From NCBI RefSeq assembly GCF_963921235.1, contig NC_086108.1, positions 67,458,001 through 67,522,000 of the forward strand: a stretch of DNA of 64,000 nt, written 5' to 3'. Under the pieces are notes generated by a model. The model had not been told where the DNA came from and did no database searches. It saw nothing but the letters and a program-made list of their open reading frames with translations. This document shows, piece after piece, positions 51,906-63,345 of the stretch; position 1 is the first letter of the stretch; every line of letters starts with the position of its first letter. A program made the position numbers and the translations under genes. Origin of the DNA: Mobula hypostoma (lineage: Eukaryota).

Positions 51906-52849
51906 CAAACACGAGGAAATCTGCAGATGCTGGAATTTCAAGCTACACACATAAAAGTTGCTGGTGAATGCAGCAGGCCAGGCAGCATCTCTAGGAAGAG
52001 GTACAGTCGACGTTTTGGGCCGAGACCCTTCGTCAGGACTAACGGAAAGAAGAGCTAGTAAGAGATTTGAAAATGGGAGGGGGAGGCGGAGATCCAAAAG
52101 GATAGGAGAAGACAGGAGGGCGAGGGATGGAGCCAAGAGCTGGACAGTTGATTGACAAAAGGGATATGAGAGGATCATGGGACAGGAGGCTTAGGGAGAA
52201 AGAAAAGGGGGGCGAACCCCAGAGGATGGGCAAGGGGTATAGTGAGAGGGACAGAGGGAGAAAAAGGAGAGAGAGAGAAAAAGAAAGTGTGTGTATATAA
52301 ATAAATAAATAACGGATGGGGTACGGGGGTACCAGGGGGAGGTGGGGCATTAGCGTGAGTTAGAGAAGTCAATGTTCATGTCACCAGGTTGGAGGCTACC
52401 CAGACGGAATATACGGTGTTGTTCCTCCAACCTGAGTGTGGCTTCATCTTTACAGTAGAGGAGGCCGTGGATAGACATAGCAGAATGGGAATGGGACGTG
52501 GAATTAAAATGTGTGGCCACTGGGAGATCCTGCTTTCTCTGGCGGACAGAGCGTACCCCTCGTACCCCATCCGTCCCCCCTCCCCCTCTTCTTTTTCCCT
52601 AGGCCTCCTGTCCTATGATCCTCTCATATCCCTTTTGCCAATCAACTGTCCAGCTCTTAGCTCCATCCCTCCCCCTCCTGTCTTCTCCTATCATTTCCGA
52701 TCTCCCCCTCCCCTCCCACTTTCATATCTCTTACTAGCTCTTCTTTCAGTTAGTCCTGACGAAGGGTCTCGGCCTGAAACGTCGACTGTACCTCTTCCTA
52801 GAGATGCTGCTTGGCCTGCTGCATTCACCAGCAACCTTTACGTGTGTGG
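51906..52849 (-). mobile_element. Penelope-like 3' fragment with an inverted pseudo-LTR
   Basis: GIY-YIG C-terminus (VATHFN..EEQH.IFRLGSLQP) at about 52350-52550; 52553-52849 is an inverted copy of its 3' UTR. Confidence 0.9.
52751..52788 (+). ncRNA. Minimal type I hammerhead ribozyme motif
   Basis: UAGUC-CUGACGA-AGGGUCUCGGCCU-GAAA-C-GUC-GACUG with an intact core. Confidence 0.75.
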
Positions 52850-53071
52850 CTTATCTACTTACATGGCCGCTTTCAGGGAGATATCAGCTTGGACCCAAGA
52901 TCCTTCTGTACATCATTGTTATTAAGGATCTAACCATTAACTGTATACTTATTCCTTACATTTGACCTCCAAAAGTGCAGCACTCACATGTGCTTAGATA
53001 TGAAAACTATCTGCCATTCTTCTGCCCATACAGTATCTATAACTAGACCACATGCTACTGCATCCTCTGAT

Positions 53072-55370
53072 AAGACCATAAAACATAGGAGCAGAATTAG
53101 GCCATTCAGCCCATTGAATCTGCTCCACCATTCCATCATAGCTGATTTATTATCCCTCTTAACCCCATTCTTCTGCCTTCTCCCCATAACTTTAGGCACT
53201 CTAATCAATAACCTATCCACTTCCACTTTAAATATATCCAATGACTTCGCCACACATCCGTCTGTGGAAATAAATTCCACAGATTCACTACCCTCAGGCT
53301 TAATAATGGACTCAAACATCTTTCCAACCACTGATGTCACGCTAACTGACCTACAATTTCCTTTCTTCTGTCTCCCTCCCTTCTTAATGAGTGAAGTGAC
53401 ATTTGTAATTTTCCAGTCCTCTGGAACTATTCCAGAATCTAGTGATTCATGAAAGATTATTACTAATGCATCCACAATCTCATCAACTACCTCTTTCAGA
53501 ACCTTGGAGTGTAGTTTATCTGGTCCAGGTGATTTATCTACCTTCAGACCTTTCAGGTTTCCAAGCACTCTACTCATTAGTAATAGCAGCTATATTCACC
53601 TCTGCCCCTGGCACTCTCACATTTCTGGCATACTGCTTAGTCTGATGCCATTTACTCTTTATATATCTGAAAAAAACTTTTGATATTCTCTTTCATATTA
53701 TTGGGTAGCTCACCTTCATACTTCATGTTTTCTCTATTTACATCTTTTAAGTTGCCATCTGTGATTTAAAATGTTTCCCAAACCTTTAACTCCACAGTAT
53801 TATTTGCTATATTTTATGTCCTCTTGTTTGCTTTTATGCTGCCTTTGACTTTATCAGCCACAGTTGTGTCATCCCCCCTTTAGAATGCTTTTTCGTCTTT
53901 GGGATATATCTATCCTGAGCACTCTGAATTGTTCCCACAAACTCTAGGTATTGCTCTTCTGCCATAATGCCAGCTAGTGCCCCCTTCCAATTATGTTTGG
54001 CCAGCTCCTCTTTCATGCCACTGTAATTCTCTACTCCACTGTAATACTGATACATCTGATTTTAGCTTTTTCTTCTCAAACTGCAGGATGAATCCTAGCA
54101 TATAATGATTGCTGCCTCCTAAGAGTTCCTTTACCTTAAGTTCCCTAATCAAATCTGGGTCATTACATAACCCAATCTAGAACTGCTATTCCCCTCATGG
54201 GCTCAACCACAAGCTGTTCTAAAAAGCCAACTCACAGACATTATACAATTCCCCCACTTGGGATCCAGCACCAACCTGACTTTCCCAATCTACCTGCATA
54301 TTGAAATCCCCCATGACTATCACAACATTTCCCTCTTTATATGCCTTTCCTATCTCCCATTGTAATTTGTAGCCTACATCCTGGCTACTGTCCAGAGTCC
54401 TGTTTTTAACTCCAATCGAGGTATTTTTAACCTTGCAGTTTCTGAAATCTATCCACAAGGATTCTACATCTTCTGATTGCACAGCTCTTTCCAAGAATTT
54501 CAATTAATTTTGTTACCAACAGAGCCACTCCACCCTCTCTGCCTACAAGCCTGTCATTTTGATACAATGTGTATCCTTGGATGTTAAGCTCCCAACTATG
54601 AACTTTTTTTTAGATTATGAGAACACTCAGTCCTTATATTGCCATTTAGAAATGCATACATGCATTAAGAAATGATAAAATGTTTCTCTGGAGTGATATC
54701 ACAGAAAACAGGACAAACCAAAGACTAACACTGACAGAACCACATAATTATAACATATAGTTTCAGCAATGCAGAGCAATACCATAATTTGATGAAGAAC
54801 AAAGCATAGGCACAGTAAAAAAAGTCTCAAAGTCCCCGAGTCGATTGACTCCCGAGTCCCCGATAGCAGGCAGCAAAAGGGAGAAACTCCCTGCCATAAA
54901 CCTCCAGGCACCGTCAACTTGCTGTTGCCTTGGAAAAAGCTGACCACAGCCAACACTGAGTCCGTCTGTCCGTCCAAAAACTTCGAACCTCCAACCAGCC
55001 CTTCTGATACAGCCTCCCGAGCGCCATCTCTGCTGAGCGCCTTCAACTTAGCCCCGGCAGCAGAAACAAGCAAAGCCGAGGATTCGGGGCCTTCTGCTCT
55101 GGAGATTCTGGTTACCACACAGTAACAGCAGCAGCGAAGCAGGCATTTCAGAAGTTTTCCAGATGTTCCTCCATACTCTCACATCCATCTCCATCAAATC
55201 AGGATTGTGCACGGTCCCCTACTTGACAAATTGCAGATATCATTCACCGGAGAGGCCGCGTGCACTGCCATCACGTCGCCATCTTCTCCTTTTTCAGCCA
55301 TGACTCAGTGATACCCACAACGTCATACTTGCTCATCTCTAACTGCACTACAAGATCATTTATCTTAACA
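53072..55370 (-). mobile_element. CR1 with internal deletions, split by insertion 54604-55290
   Basis: VDKSPGPD..ESII joined directly to the 3' end near 53297; VESLWI, VMGDFN and YDVVGITESWL motifs. Confidence 0.85.
54604..55290 (-). mobile_element. Non-coding, non-autonomous retroelement inserted in CR1
   Basis: Interrupts CR1 cleanly; minus strand starts GGAGAAGATGGCG and ends in an A-run; no box A/B seen. Confidence 0.6.
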
Positions 55371-55599
55371 TGGGTTACAGATCTTTTCAAACACGTTGTT
55401 TGTAAATAGAATTCTAAAATATATTCCTTCTTTAAGAATATGATTCTTCTTATGTTCCAAAACCTTTTCAAAGCTTAGCAAGTTGCATATTCAACTTATT
55501 GAGAACATTTACCCAATATAGATTTTGGTGATTATTAATCAAAATAGAAAGGATCTAGTAGGTATGCTTAATTTATGGGCTCAAGCTACTGAACAGCAG

Positions 55600-56100
55600 C
55601 AAAGCAGGCTGGGGAACTGCAGGTCAGTAAGCCTGATGTTAGTGGTGGACAAGTTACATAAGGGGATTCGGAGGGACAAGGTCTATCTGCATTTATATGT
55701 ACAAGGACTGATAAGGGATAATCAGCACGGGGGAAATCATGTCTCACAAATCTGTTAAGAGTTTTTTGAAGAAGTCACCCAGAAGATTAATGAGGGCAGG
55801 GCAATAGACAAGGTCCAGCATAGAAGATTACTGTAGATGGGAGCCAGGGAGCTAGTTAAATTGATATATAATTGGCATGATCAAAGGAAGCAGAGAGTAA
55901 TGCATTTTTGGACTGAAAGTCTGTGACTGTAGGTGTGTTTCACAGGGATCGTTGCTGACCCCATTGTTGTTCATTATTTATATAAATGATTTGGATAAAG
56001 ATGTACAAGACATGGTTAGTAGGTCGGTTGATGACACTTAAATAGGTGGTATAGTGAACAGTGAAGAAGATTATCTAAGATCACAATGGTATCTTGATGA
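55600..56100 (+). mobile_element. Old CR1 RT fragment
   Basis: GNCRSVSL and GLIRDNQHG motifs; QGSLL.PLLF-like remnant. Confidence 0.65.
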
Positions 56101-57475
56101 ATCATGAAAGGGATCAGATTTCTGAACTTCATTGAAGACTGTGTTTGATCAACCAGACACATCAGTCAAATGCACTTTCAAATGGAAAAGGACCTGCTCA
56201 ATTGACACATATTAATACATTGTCAAACAGTGCTTTGGAGAGAACGCTGTGCACAAACTGGCAGCCATATATTATACAATATTGACTACAATTCTAAGAG
56301 TAATTTATTGTCTATGAGTCTTACTTTTTCTTTGTATTATGGGTAATCCAACTTACCTGTTCAAGTTCCTCAAAGTTCCTAATAGTGTGATTTTCTCATG
56401 TCAGTCCAATGAGATTCTGATAATTAGGAGTTACTAATAATTAATATTACACTGGAAATAGAAGAACAGTTGGAGCAATAGCTTAAACTGAAAAGTTCAA
56501 GCTTTCCTCTTTGTAAATATGATTCAATACAAGGTGAGGCAACCACCTCCTCTCCTGTTCTTTTATTTATTTCCTTCTCCTCTTTTGCTTAGTGTGAGAC
56601 TCCAGGCTTTGGTCGTTGAACTTGATTAACAATATGTAAAATAGATAGATAGATACTTTATTGATCTCAAAGTGTCACAGTAGCATTACAACCACACAGA
56701 TATACAAATATTAGAAGAGAAATATGGAAGAATAATAGAAGTTGCCTTAAAACTAATGTGTAGAAGATTTACAAGTCAAAGATTACAAGATTTCCAAGTT
56801 CACACTAATAAGATGGTAGTGCAAGAATTACCATAATATTATACAGAAATGGGTGCACATTCACATTGTCCAGATAATAAGTGATGGTAGTATTACAAAA
56901 GGTATCCGCAATAGCAGGGCATGGTAAACAGAGTCAAACAGAACTGAGGAACATCAATTACAGTCCAGAGTGTCATGGATGTCACTTGCAGATGAATTTA
57001 TAATAGATTGTAAATTGATAATAGATTCCAAGTAGTTAGTCATTTGTTCATGTGCCTACTAAATTACCCAAGCCTGCCACCGTCTATGTCAAACTAATAA
57101 AAAGCAAAACATTTGCCTATGAAAATCCATTGCCTCACCCATTTTTCCAATTGCTTAAGGACTAGATATCCAGGGACTCTTTCAGAAAATATCAAGGTCA
57201 ACAAATTATAACAGACCCAATGAATCTAGGGAACAAAATTCATCAGTGTGCAATTCCAGCTGTTAATGTAAGACAGCTTCATATCTTGATCATGTCTGCA
57301 ATTTTAATGCATTTCATTCTTATGATTAATAGTAATTACTCAGAGTACTCGTTAATTGATAATGACCTTCCCCATCTGTTCAGCTATGCTGAAATCATGT
57401 TGACATCTTGAACAAAATTATTCTAAAGCTAAGAGGCGTGGTGAAATTGCAAAGTCTGATTTGTTTTAGTGTGTA

Positions 57476-59825
57476 CAGCGTCTTGTAAAAGTATTCAGCC
57501 CCCAACCCTTTGTTCACATAAATAAGTATTACAACCATGGATTTTGATCAATTTAACTGAGAATTTTTATTTACGAATTACGTGCCCTGTTTATCATATC
57601 ACTGTTTAGCCCCAAAACAGGGAAAATTGTAAAGTATGAAAAACTAAAAATTCAAAACCAAAAATATCAGCAGTTGAAAATTATTCATCCCCCCTTTGCT
57701 CAGTATTGAGCTGAACCAGCTCTCACAGCTGATGTGTGTTGCTATTACAGCCAGTAGTCTTTTTGGGCAAGTCTCTATTAGATTTGTGCAACTTGATGGA
57801 ACAAAATTTGCTCATTCCCCTTGCAAAATTGCTAAAGCTGTTCCAGGTTAATTGAGGAGTAGTTGTGGCCAGCAGTTTTGAGGTCTTGCCAGAGATGTTC
57901 AATCGGGTTAAGGTCGGGACTCTAACTGGGCCACTCAAGGACACTAATTTTCTTCATTTGAAGCCACTCCATGGTTGCTCTGGCATTGTGCTTTGGGTCG
58001 TTGTCCTGCTGAAAGACCAACTTCTTCCCTAGTTTAATCTTTCCAGCAGAGGCTAGCAGATTTTTATCCTAGATCTCTCTGCATTTAGCAGTATTCACCT
58101 GCCCATCAATCCTTACCAGATTTCCAGTCCCCACTCTGAAAGATATCCCCATAGTATGATGCTACATCCACCATACTTTACATTAGGGATGGTATTATCT
58201 GGCTGATGCATAGTATTAGATTTGCGCCACATGTACTGTTTTGTGTTGAAGTCAAAAAGTTCCAGTTCAGTCTCAACCAACCAAGACCTTCTTGCACATC
58301 TTTAGTTTCTTCTAAGTGACACTTTACAAAATCTTTACTAGTCATAGTCATACTTTATTGATCCTGGGGGAAATTGGATTTCGTTACAGTTGCACCATAA
58401 ATAATAAATAGTAATAGAAATAGTAATAGTAATATTACTATTAGTAAATAGTACATAGTAATAGTCATAGAAATAATAAATAGTAATAGAATAGTAATAG
58501 AAAATAGTAATAAATAGTTAAATAGTGATATGTAAATTATGCCAGTAAATTATGAAATAAGTCCAGGACCAGCCTATCGGCTCAGGGTGTCTAACCCTCC
58601 AAGGGAGGAGTTGTAAAGTTTGATGACCACAGGCGGGAATGACTTCCTATGACGCTCTGTGCTGCATCTCGGAGGAATGAGTCTCCGGCTGAATGTACTC
58701 CTGTGCCCACCCAGTACATTATGTAGTGGATGGGAGACATTGACCACAATGGCATGCAACTTAGACAGCATCCTCTTTTCAGACACAACCGTGAGAGAGT
58801 CCAGTTCCATCCCTACAACATCACTGGCCTTACGAATGAGTTTGTTGATTCTGTTGGTGTCTGCTTCCCTCAGCCTGCTGCCCCAGCACACAACAGCAAA
58901 CATGATAGCACTGGCCACCACGGACTTGTAGAACATCCTCAGCATCGTCCGGCAGATGTTAAAGGACCTCAGTCTCCTCAGGAAATAGAGATAGCTCTGA
59001 CCCTTCTTGTAGACAGCCTCAGTGTTCTTAGATCAGTCCAGTTTATTGTCAAGCAAGGATATGCATTTTTTTTTAGCTGGGGCTTCTTCCTTGCCATTCT
59101 TCCATAAATACCCTTTTTGTGCAAAGCCTTAGAGTGTAGCGCATGAACTTCAACTCCACTTGCAGCCATTGACTTCTGCAGCTCACTCAAAGTGACTGTT
59201 GACGTCACAGTAGCCTCCCTTATAAGTGCCATACCTCTCTGGTGACAAAGTTTAGAAGGGTGGCCTGACCTAGGCAGTGTGGCTGTGGTTTCATATTTTT
59301 ACCATTTTTTCATGATGGACTGCACTGAGTTCTGATACATGTTCAATGCCTTTAAGCTGGTCTCGTACCACTTCCCAAATTTGTGCTTCTTTATTATCAT
59401 TTCCCTGACTTGCCTTGAATGCTCTTTTGACTTCATTTTGGTTTAGTCTATTGAAAATCTACCATACTGTTGGACCTCACAGAGAGAAGGGGTATTTATT
59501 CTTACAAATTCACTGAAAACAGATGATCCTTCAATCCTTCTATATCAACAAATTTGGTGAGTTAGTAAGGTAATATTTAGTATTGCACTTGAGGAAAGTT
59601 AGCATAGTAATTACAAAGGGGATAAATATTGTTTCAGCCTCACAATTTTGTTTTTCAATTTTTTGTAAATTGCAGGTTTTGGAATTTTTCTTTTGATTTG
59701 ACATGATGTACAATGTTTTGTAGGAAAGCTCAAAAAATCCTACTTCAATATAATTTAAGTTTAGAATATGAGTCAATAAAATGTGAAAATAGTTGTGGGG
59801 GCTGAGTACTTTTTCAAGGCACTCT
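57476..59825 (-). mobile_element. Tc1-like DNA transposon (IR/DR type) with transposase pseudogene, split by a Rex1-like LINE
   Basis: TA then CAGCGTCTTGTAAAAGTATTCAGCCCCC, with a matching inverted end at about 59797-59825; inner repeats near 57675 and 59620; [31 protein letters not shown] and SPDLNPIEHLW motifs. Confidence 0.9.
58340..59052 (-). mobile_element. Rex1/Babar-like LINE 3' fragment
   Basis: MFYKSVVASAIMFAVVCWGS..NKLIRKAS motif; AT-rich (AATAGT)n 3' UTR; (ATGACT)n tail. Confidence 0.9.
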
Positions 59826-59909
59826 GACTGGAACGATACGTTCAAATTAATAATATACTCTTTCAAAATTGAATGAATTTGTTTTCAGAAACATTTGTTA
59901 ATTACATAT

Positions 59910-60180
59910 TGTTATTTATTTAGAGATGCAGCTGGGAACAGACTCTTCCAGTCCAACAATCCACAACACCCAGCAGCCAATTATTCCAGGACAATTTACA
60001 ATAACCAATTAACCTACTAGTCAATACATCTTTGGACTAAGGGAGGAAACTGGAACACCCAGAGAAAACCCACAGAGTTCATGGGGAGGACATATAAATT
60101 CTTTACAGATGCATCAGAATTGAACACTGAACTTCGGAACTGCCCCAAGCTGTAGTATCTTTGCACTAACCACTATGCAA
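59910..60180 (-). mobile_element. tRNA-derived SINE (V-SINE-like)
   Basis: Minus strand starts gcatagtggttagtgcaa (box A) and has gttcaattc (box B); homologous to 23905-24140. Confidence 0.65.
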
Positions 60181-60249
60181 CTTTATATATAATATATATT
60201 TTATCACATAGAGGATCTATCCCGCAATCAGCACATAACTACAGTTACA

Positions 60250-60762
60250 AAGAAGGCACGGCAGTGCCTCTATTTTCTTAGACATTTGCACAAATCCGGC
60301 ATGTTATTTAAAACATTGACAAACTTGTATAGATGCACAGTGTAGAGTATCCTGACTGGTTGTATCACAGCCTGGTATGAAACATCAATGCCCATGAACA
60401 GAAAAGCCTACAAAGAAGTAGTGGATACAGCCCAGTCCATCTCAGGAAAAGCCCAAAGAGGGCTCCAAAGATACGTGATCCCCTAAGAGAAAAGAACATT
60501 CTTTGCCTGTCGACTACAACTCTAAACCGTAGAATTCAATGCCTAAAACTATAAGTGATACAGACTCAGTGACACTTTTAAACATCAGTTCAAAACCTAT
60601 TTATTTAAGCTTGCTTTTAACTAATATCTTCTTGTCTTTTATTTTCATGTTTATTTTTATTTTTTTAATTTTATTTTCATGTTTGCACTTTATCACATTG
60701 TAAAGCACTTTGAACTACACTGCCTATATAAAAAGTGCTCTTTAACTAAGTTATGATTATTA
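60250..60762 (+). mobile_element. Rex1-like fragment (60250-60454) followed by an L2-like 3' end (60455-60762)
   Basis: YRCTV.SILTGCITAWY remnant; TGTAAAGCACTTTGA..AAAGTGCT..TTATGATTATTA tail typical of L2. Confidence 0.6.
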
Positions 60763-61309
60763 TAATGGGCAAGCCACATCATTTGCATGCCCAGCATCTG
60801 TCACGGTCCCAATCGGTTATTCTCTGGTTCCCTTTAAATTTCCTTTGTGTCACGATCGGGACCGTTGACTCCTTGTTTTCCTTTAATTCATTGTTTCCCC
60901 GTGTTTCTTAGGCTCTGTAATTAAAGGCACTTGATTCTCAACTGAGCAGTCAGTGTATAGTGTCGGGCTTACAGCTGCTCGGCGCTAGACCGTCACCTCA
61001 CGTCACCAAACCAAGTGCCAGCAAGTCACCTTGCCGGAGTGCGACAAGTTACATCGCCGGAGCAAGACTAGTCTCCTCTCCGAAGCGAGGGCCAGTAAGT
61101 CACCTCTCCTCGCCGGAGCGAGCCCGTCAAGTTACCATGCCTGAGCGACCCTGCTACGCTAACTCGCCAGTGCGGGTCCGTCAAGTTAACCCGTCGGAGC
61201 GAGTCAAGAGCCGTTGTCTGTAGTTCCAGGGCTGCGTCGAGCGCTCGCCGCTACTTGGAGCCACTTCACGACAAGATAAAGAACTGTCTATTGTAGTATG
61301 GTTTTGTCT

Positions 61310-61950
61310 CTTTGTGTCCTCGCCTCCGCTGGGTAGGTCTGGCCATTTGCTGCTACCCTGAGTTGGAAACTGTCTCATGTCCTCGCCTCTGCTGGGTAGA
61401 TCAGCCATTTGCTACTATCCTGAGTTGGGAACTCTCTCTTTGTGTCCTCGCCTCCGCTGGGTAGGTCCGGCTGGTTGCCACTACCCTAAGTGGGGAACTG
61501 TCTCTTCATGTTCTGTGTTCTGTGTTCTGTGTTCTGTATCCAAGGAAGAGTCCCGGCTCTGTGCCCTGCGTCCAAGGAGAGTCTCGGCTCTGTGTCCTGT
61601 ATCCAAGGAAGAGTCCCGGCTCTGTGTCCTGTGTCCAAGGAGGAGTCCCGGCTCTGTGTCCTGTGTCCAAAAAGAGTCCCGGTTCTGTGTCCTGCGTCAA
61701 AAAGGGTCCCGGTTCTGTGTCCTGTATCCAAGGGAGAGTCCCGGCTCTGTGTTCCGATGTCCCAAGTACCAAGTCCAGCCTCCGATGTTCCGAATTCCAA
61801 GTTGAGGCTCCGATGTTCCAAGTTCCAAGTCCCAGTCCAAGTCCCGAGTTCCCAGACCAAGCCCAAACCCAAGTCCAAGTCCGGGTCCCAAGTTCCCAGG
61901 CCAAGCCCAGGCCCTGAGTCCCAGTCTAAGTCCAGGGTCCAAGCCCAACT
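61310..61950. repeat. Compound minisatellite inside the LTR
   Basis: About three 60-65-nt units (TGTCCTCGCCTCCGCTGGGTAGGTC..), about seven 30-32-nt units (CTCTGTGTCCTGTATCCAAGGAAGAGTCCCGG), then CCAAGT-like 6-7-mers. Confidence 0.9.
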
Positions 61951-62029
61951 CCAGCCAGGCATATTCCCGCTTCAGCCTCATTCACTCCTTGATGTCTCTC
62001 TGTACAATCTTTGTTTCTCTGCTTTACCA

Positions 62030-63345
62030 GTTGTGGTTCATCCATCGTCGTCGATGAAGACCTCAACACCATTAGTCACATTGAGACTGGATGCGGTGTG
62101 TCCAAAGATGACTGGTCAGGCCAATTCAGGCACGGAATGTCCTGGCACATGTTGGGCAGACATGTGTAGGTACTGCAGTTTTTGCGCAGGTGGCTCTGGA
62201 CTTGCGCAGTTTGTGCTTATGTTGTGCTTCAGCAATGCGCCTTGCTTCGAAAGCTTGACAGGCCTTGTGGATGAGGCCACGCCAGGTAGGGCCGTTTTGT
62301 GCCAGCATTTCCCAAGAGGTCATGTCTATGTCAAATGACTTCAGGGAGGCCTTTAGTGGGTCTTTGTAACATTTCTTCTGTCCTCCATGCGAGCATCTCC
62401 AAGCAGAGAGTTCCCCAAAAAGGAGCTGCTTGGGTAGGCACTCATCCGACATGCGGATGACATGATCTGCCCACCGGGTCTGTGCTCTCATCAGCAGTGT
62501 GTATGTGGACTGATGGCAGACTTGCTCTAGAGGGGAGTTCAGTGTCTGATACTTTACTTTGCCATCTGATGCCTAATATTCTGCAAAGACAAGTCATGTG
62601 GAAATGGTGAGCTGTCTTGCATGTCTTCCATACACAGTCCACATTTCACAGGCATACAGGAGGGTAGTGAGTACCACAGCTCTGTAGACCTTCAGTTTTG
62701 TTGCTGCACTGATTCCACAGCCTTCCCATACAGTGGAGCGCAGTCTACCGAAAGCAGAACTTGCCTTTGCTATTCTGCAGTTAATTTCTGTATCAATAGT
62801 CACTGCTCAGGAGAGGGTGCTGCCAAGGTAAGTAAACTGGTCCACTGCCTGTAGTTTCTGTCCTTTGATTGTTATTTTGAGTTCTGTGTATGGTGCATGA
62901 GGAGCAGGCTGGTGCATGACTTTGGTCTTTTTGATGTTGATGGTGAGTCCAAAGTTGTCACAAGCCGTGGAGAATTTGTCCATATTGACTTGCATCCCTG
63001 GCTCCGAGCCAGCATACAGGGCACAGTCATTGGCAAAGAGTAAGTCTCTCAGAACAGTCTCCTTCACTTTGGTAATAGCTTGAAGTCTCCTCAGGTTGAA
63101 GAGCTTCCTATCCACTCTGTTCTTGAGGCTGATTCCAGCATCACTGTCCTGGAAGGCATTATTCAGCATGGCAGTAAACATCATGCTGAACAGTGTGGGT
63201 GTGAGCACACAGCCCTGTTTGACACTATTGGTGACTGGGAATGCCTCAGAGGATTCTCCGCCATCCAGCACTCTGGCCATCATGGAACTGGCGTACCATC
63301 TAAATGAATTTGGCAGGGCAGCCGAACTTTGACATGATCCTTCGG
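62030..63345 (-). mobile_element. RTE-clade LINE, 5'-truncated RT pseudogene
   Basis: VKQGCVLTPTLF, LFNLRRLQA, LLFAND, FTYLGS, LLYACEMW and RW.DHVIRM..LPKQLLFGEL..GGQKK motifs. Confidence 0.9.

Larger units (their letters stand above)
51270..53030 (-). mobile_element. CR1 3' fragment, split by a Penelope insertion
   Basis: Tail catagaacata at 51270; CR1 sequence resumes after about 52850. Confidence 0.85.

Noticed and set aside
61310..61950. CRISPR-like array, or repetitive proteins from ORFs 61486-62338
   Set aside because: Units are head-to-tail with no unique spacers and no cas genes; the ORFs are by-products of stop-poor tandem repeats inside an LTR
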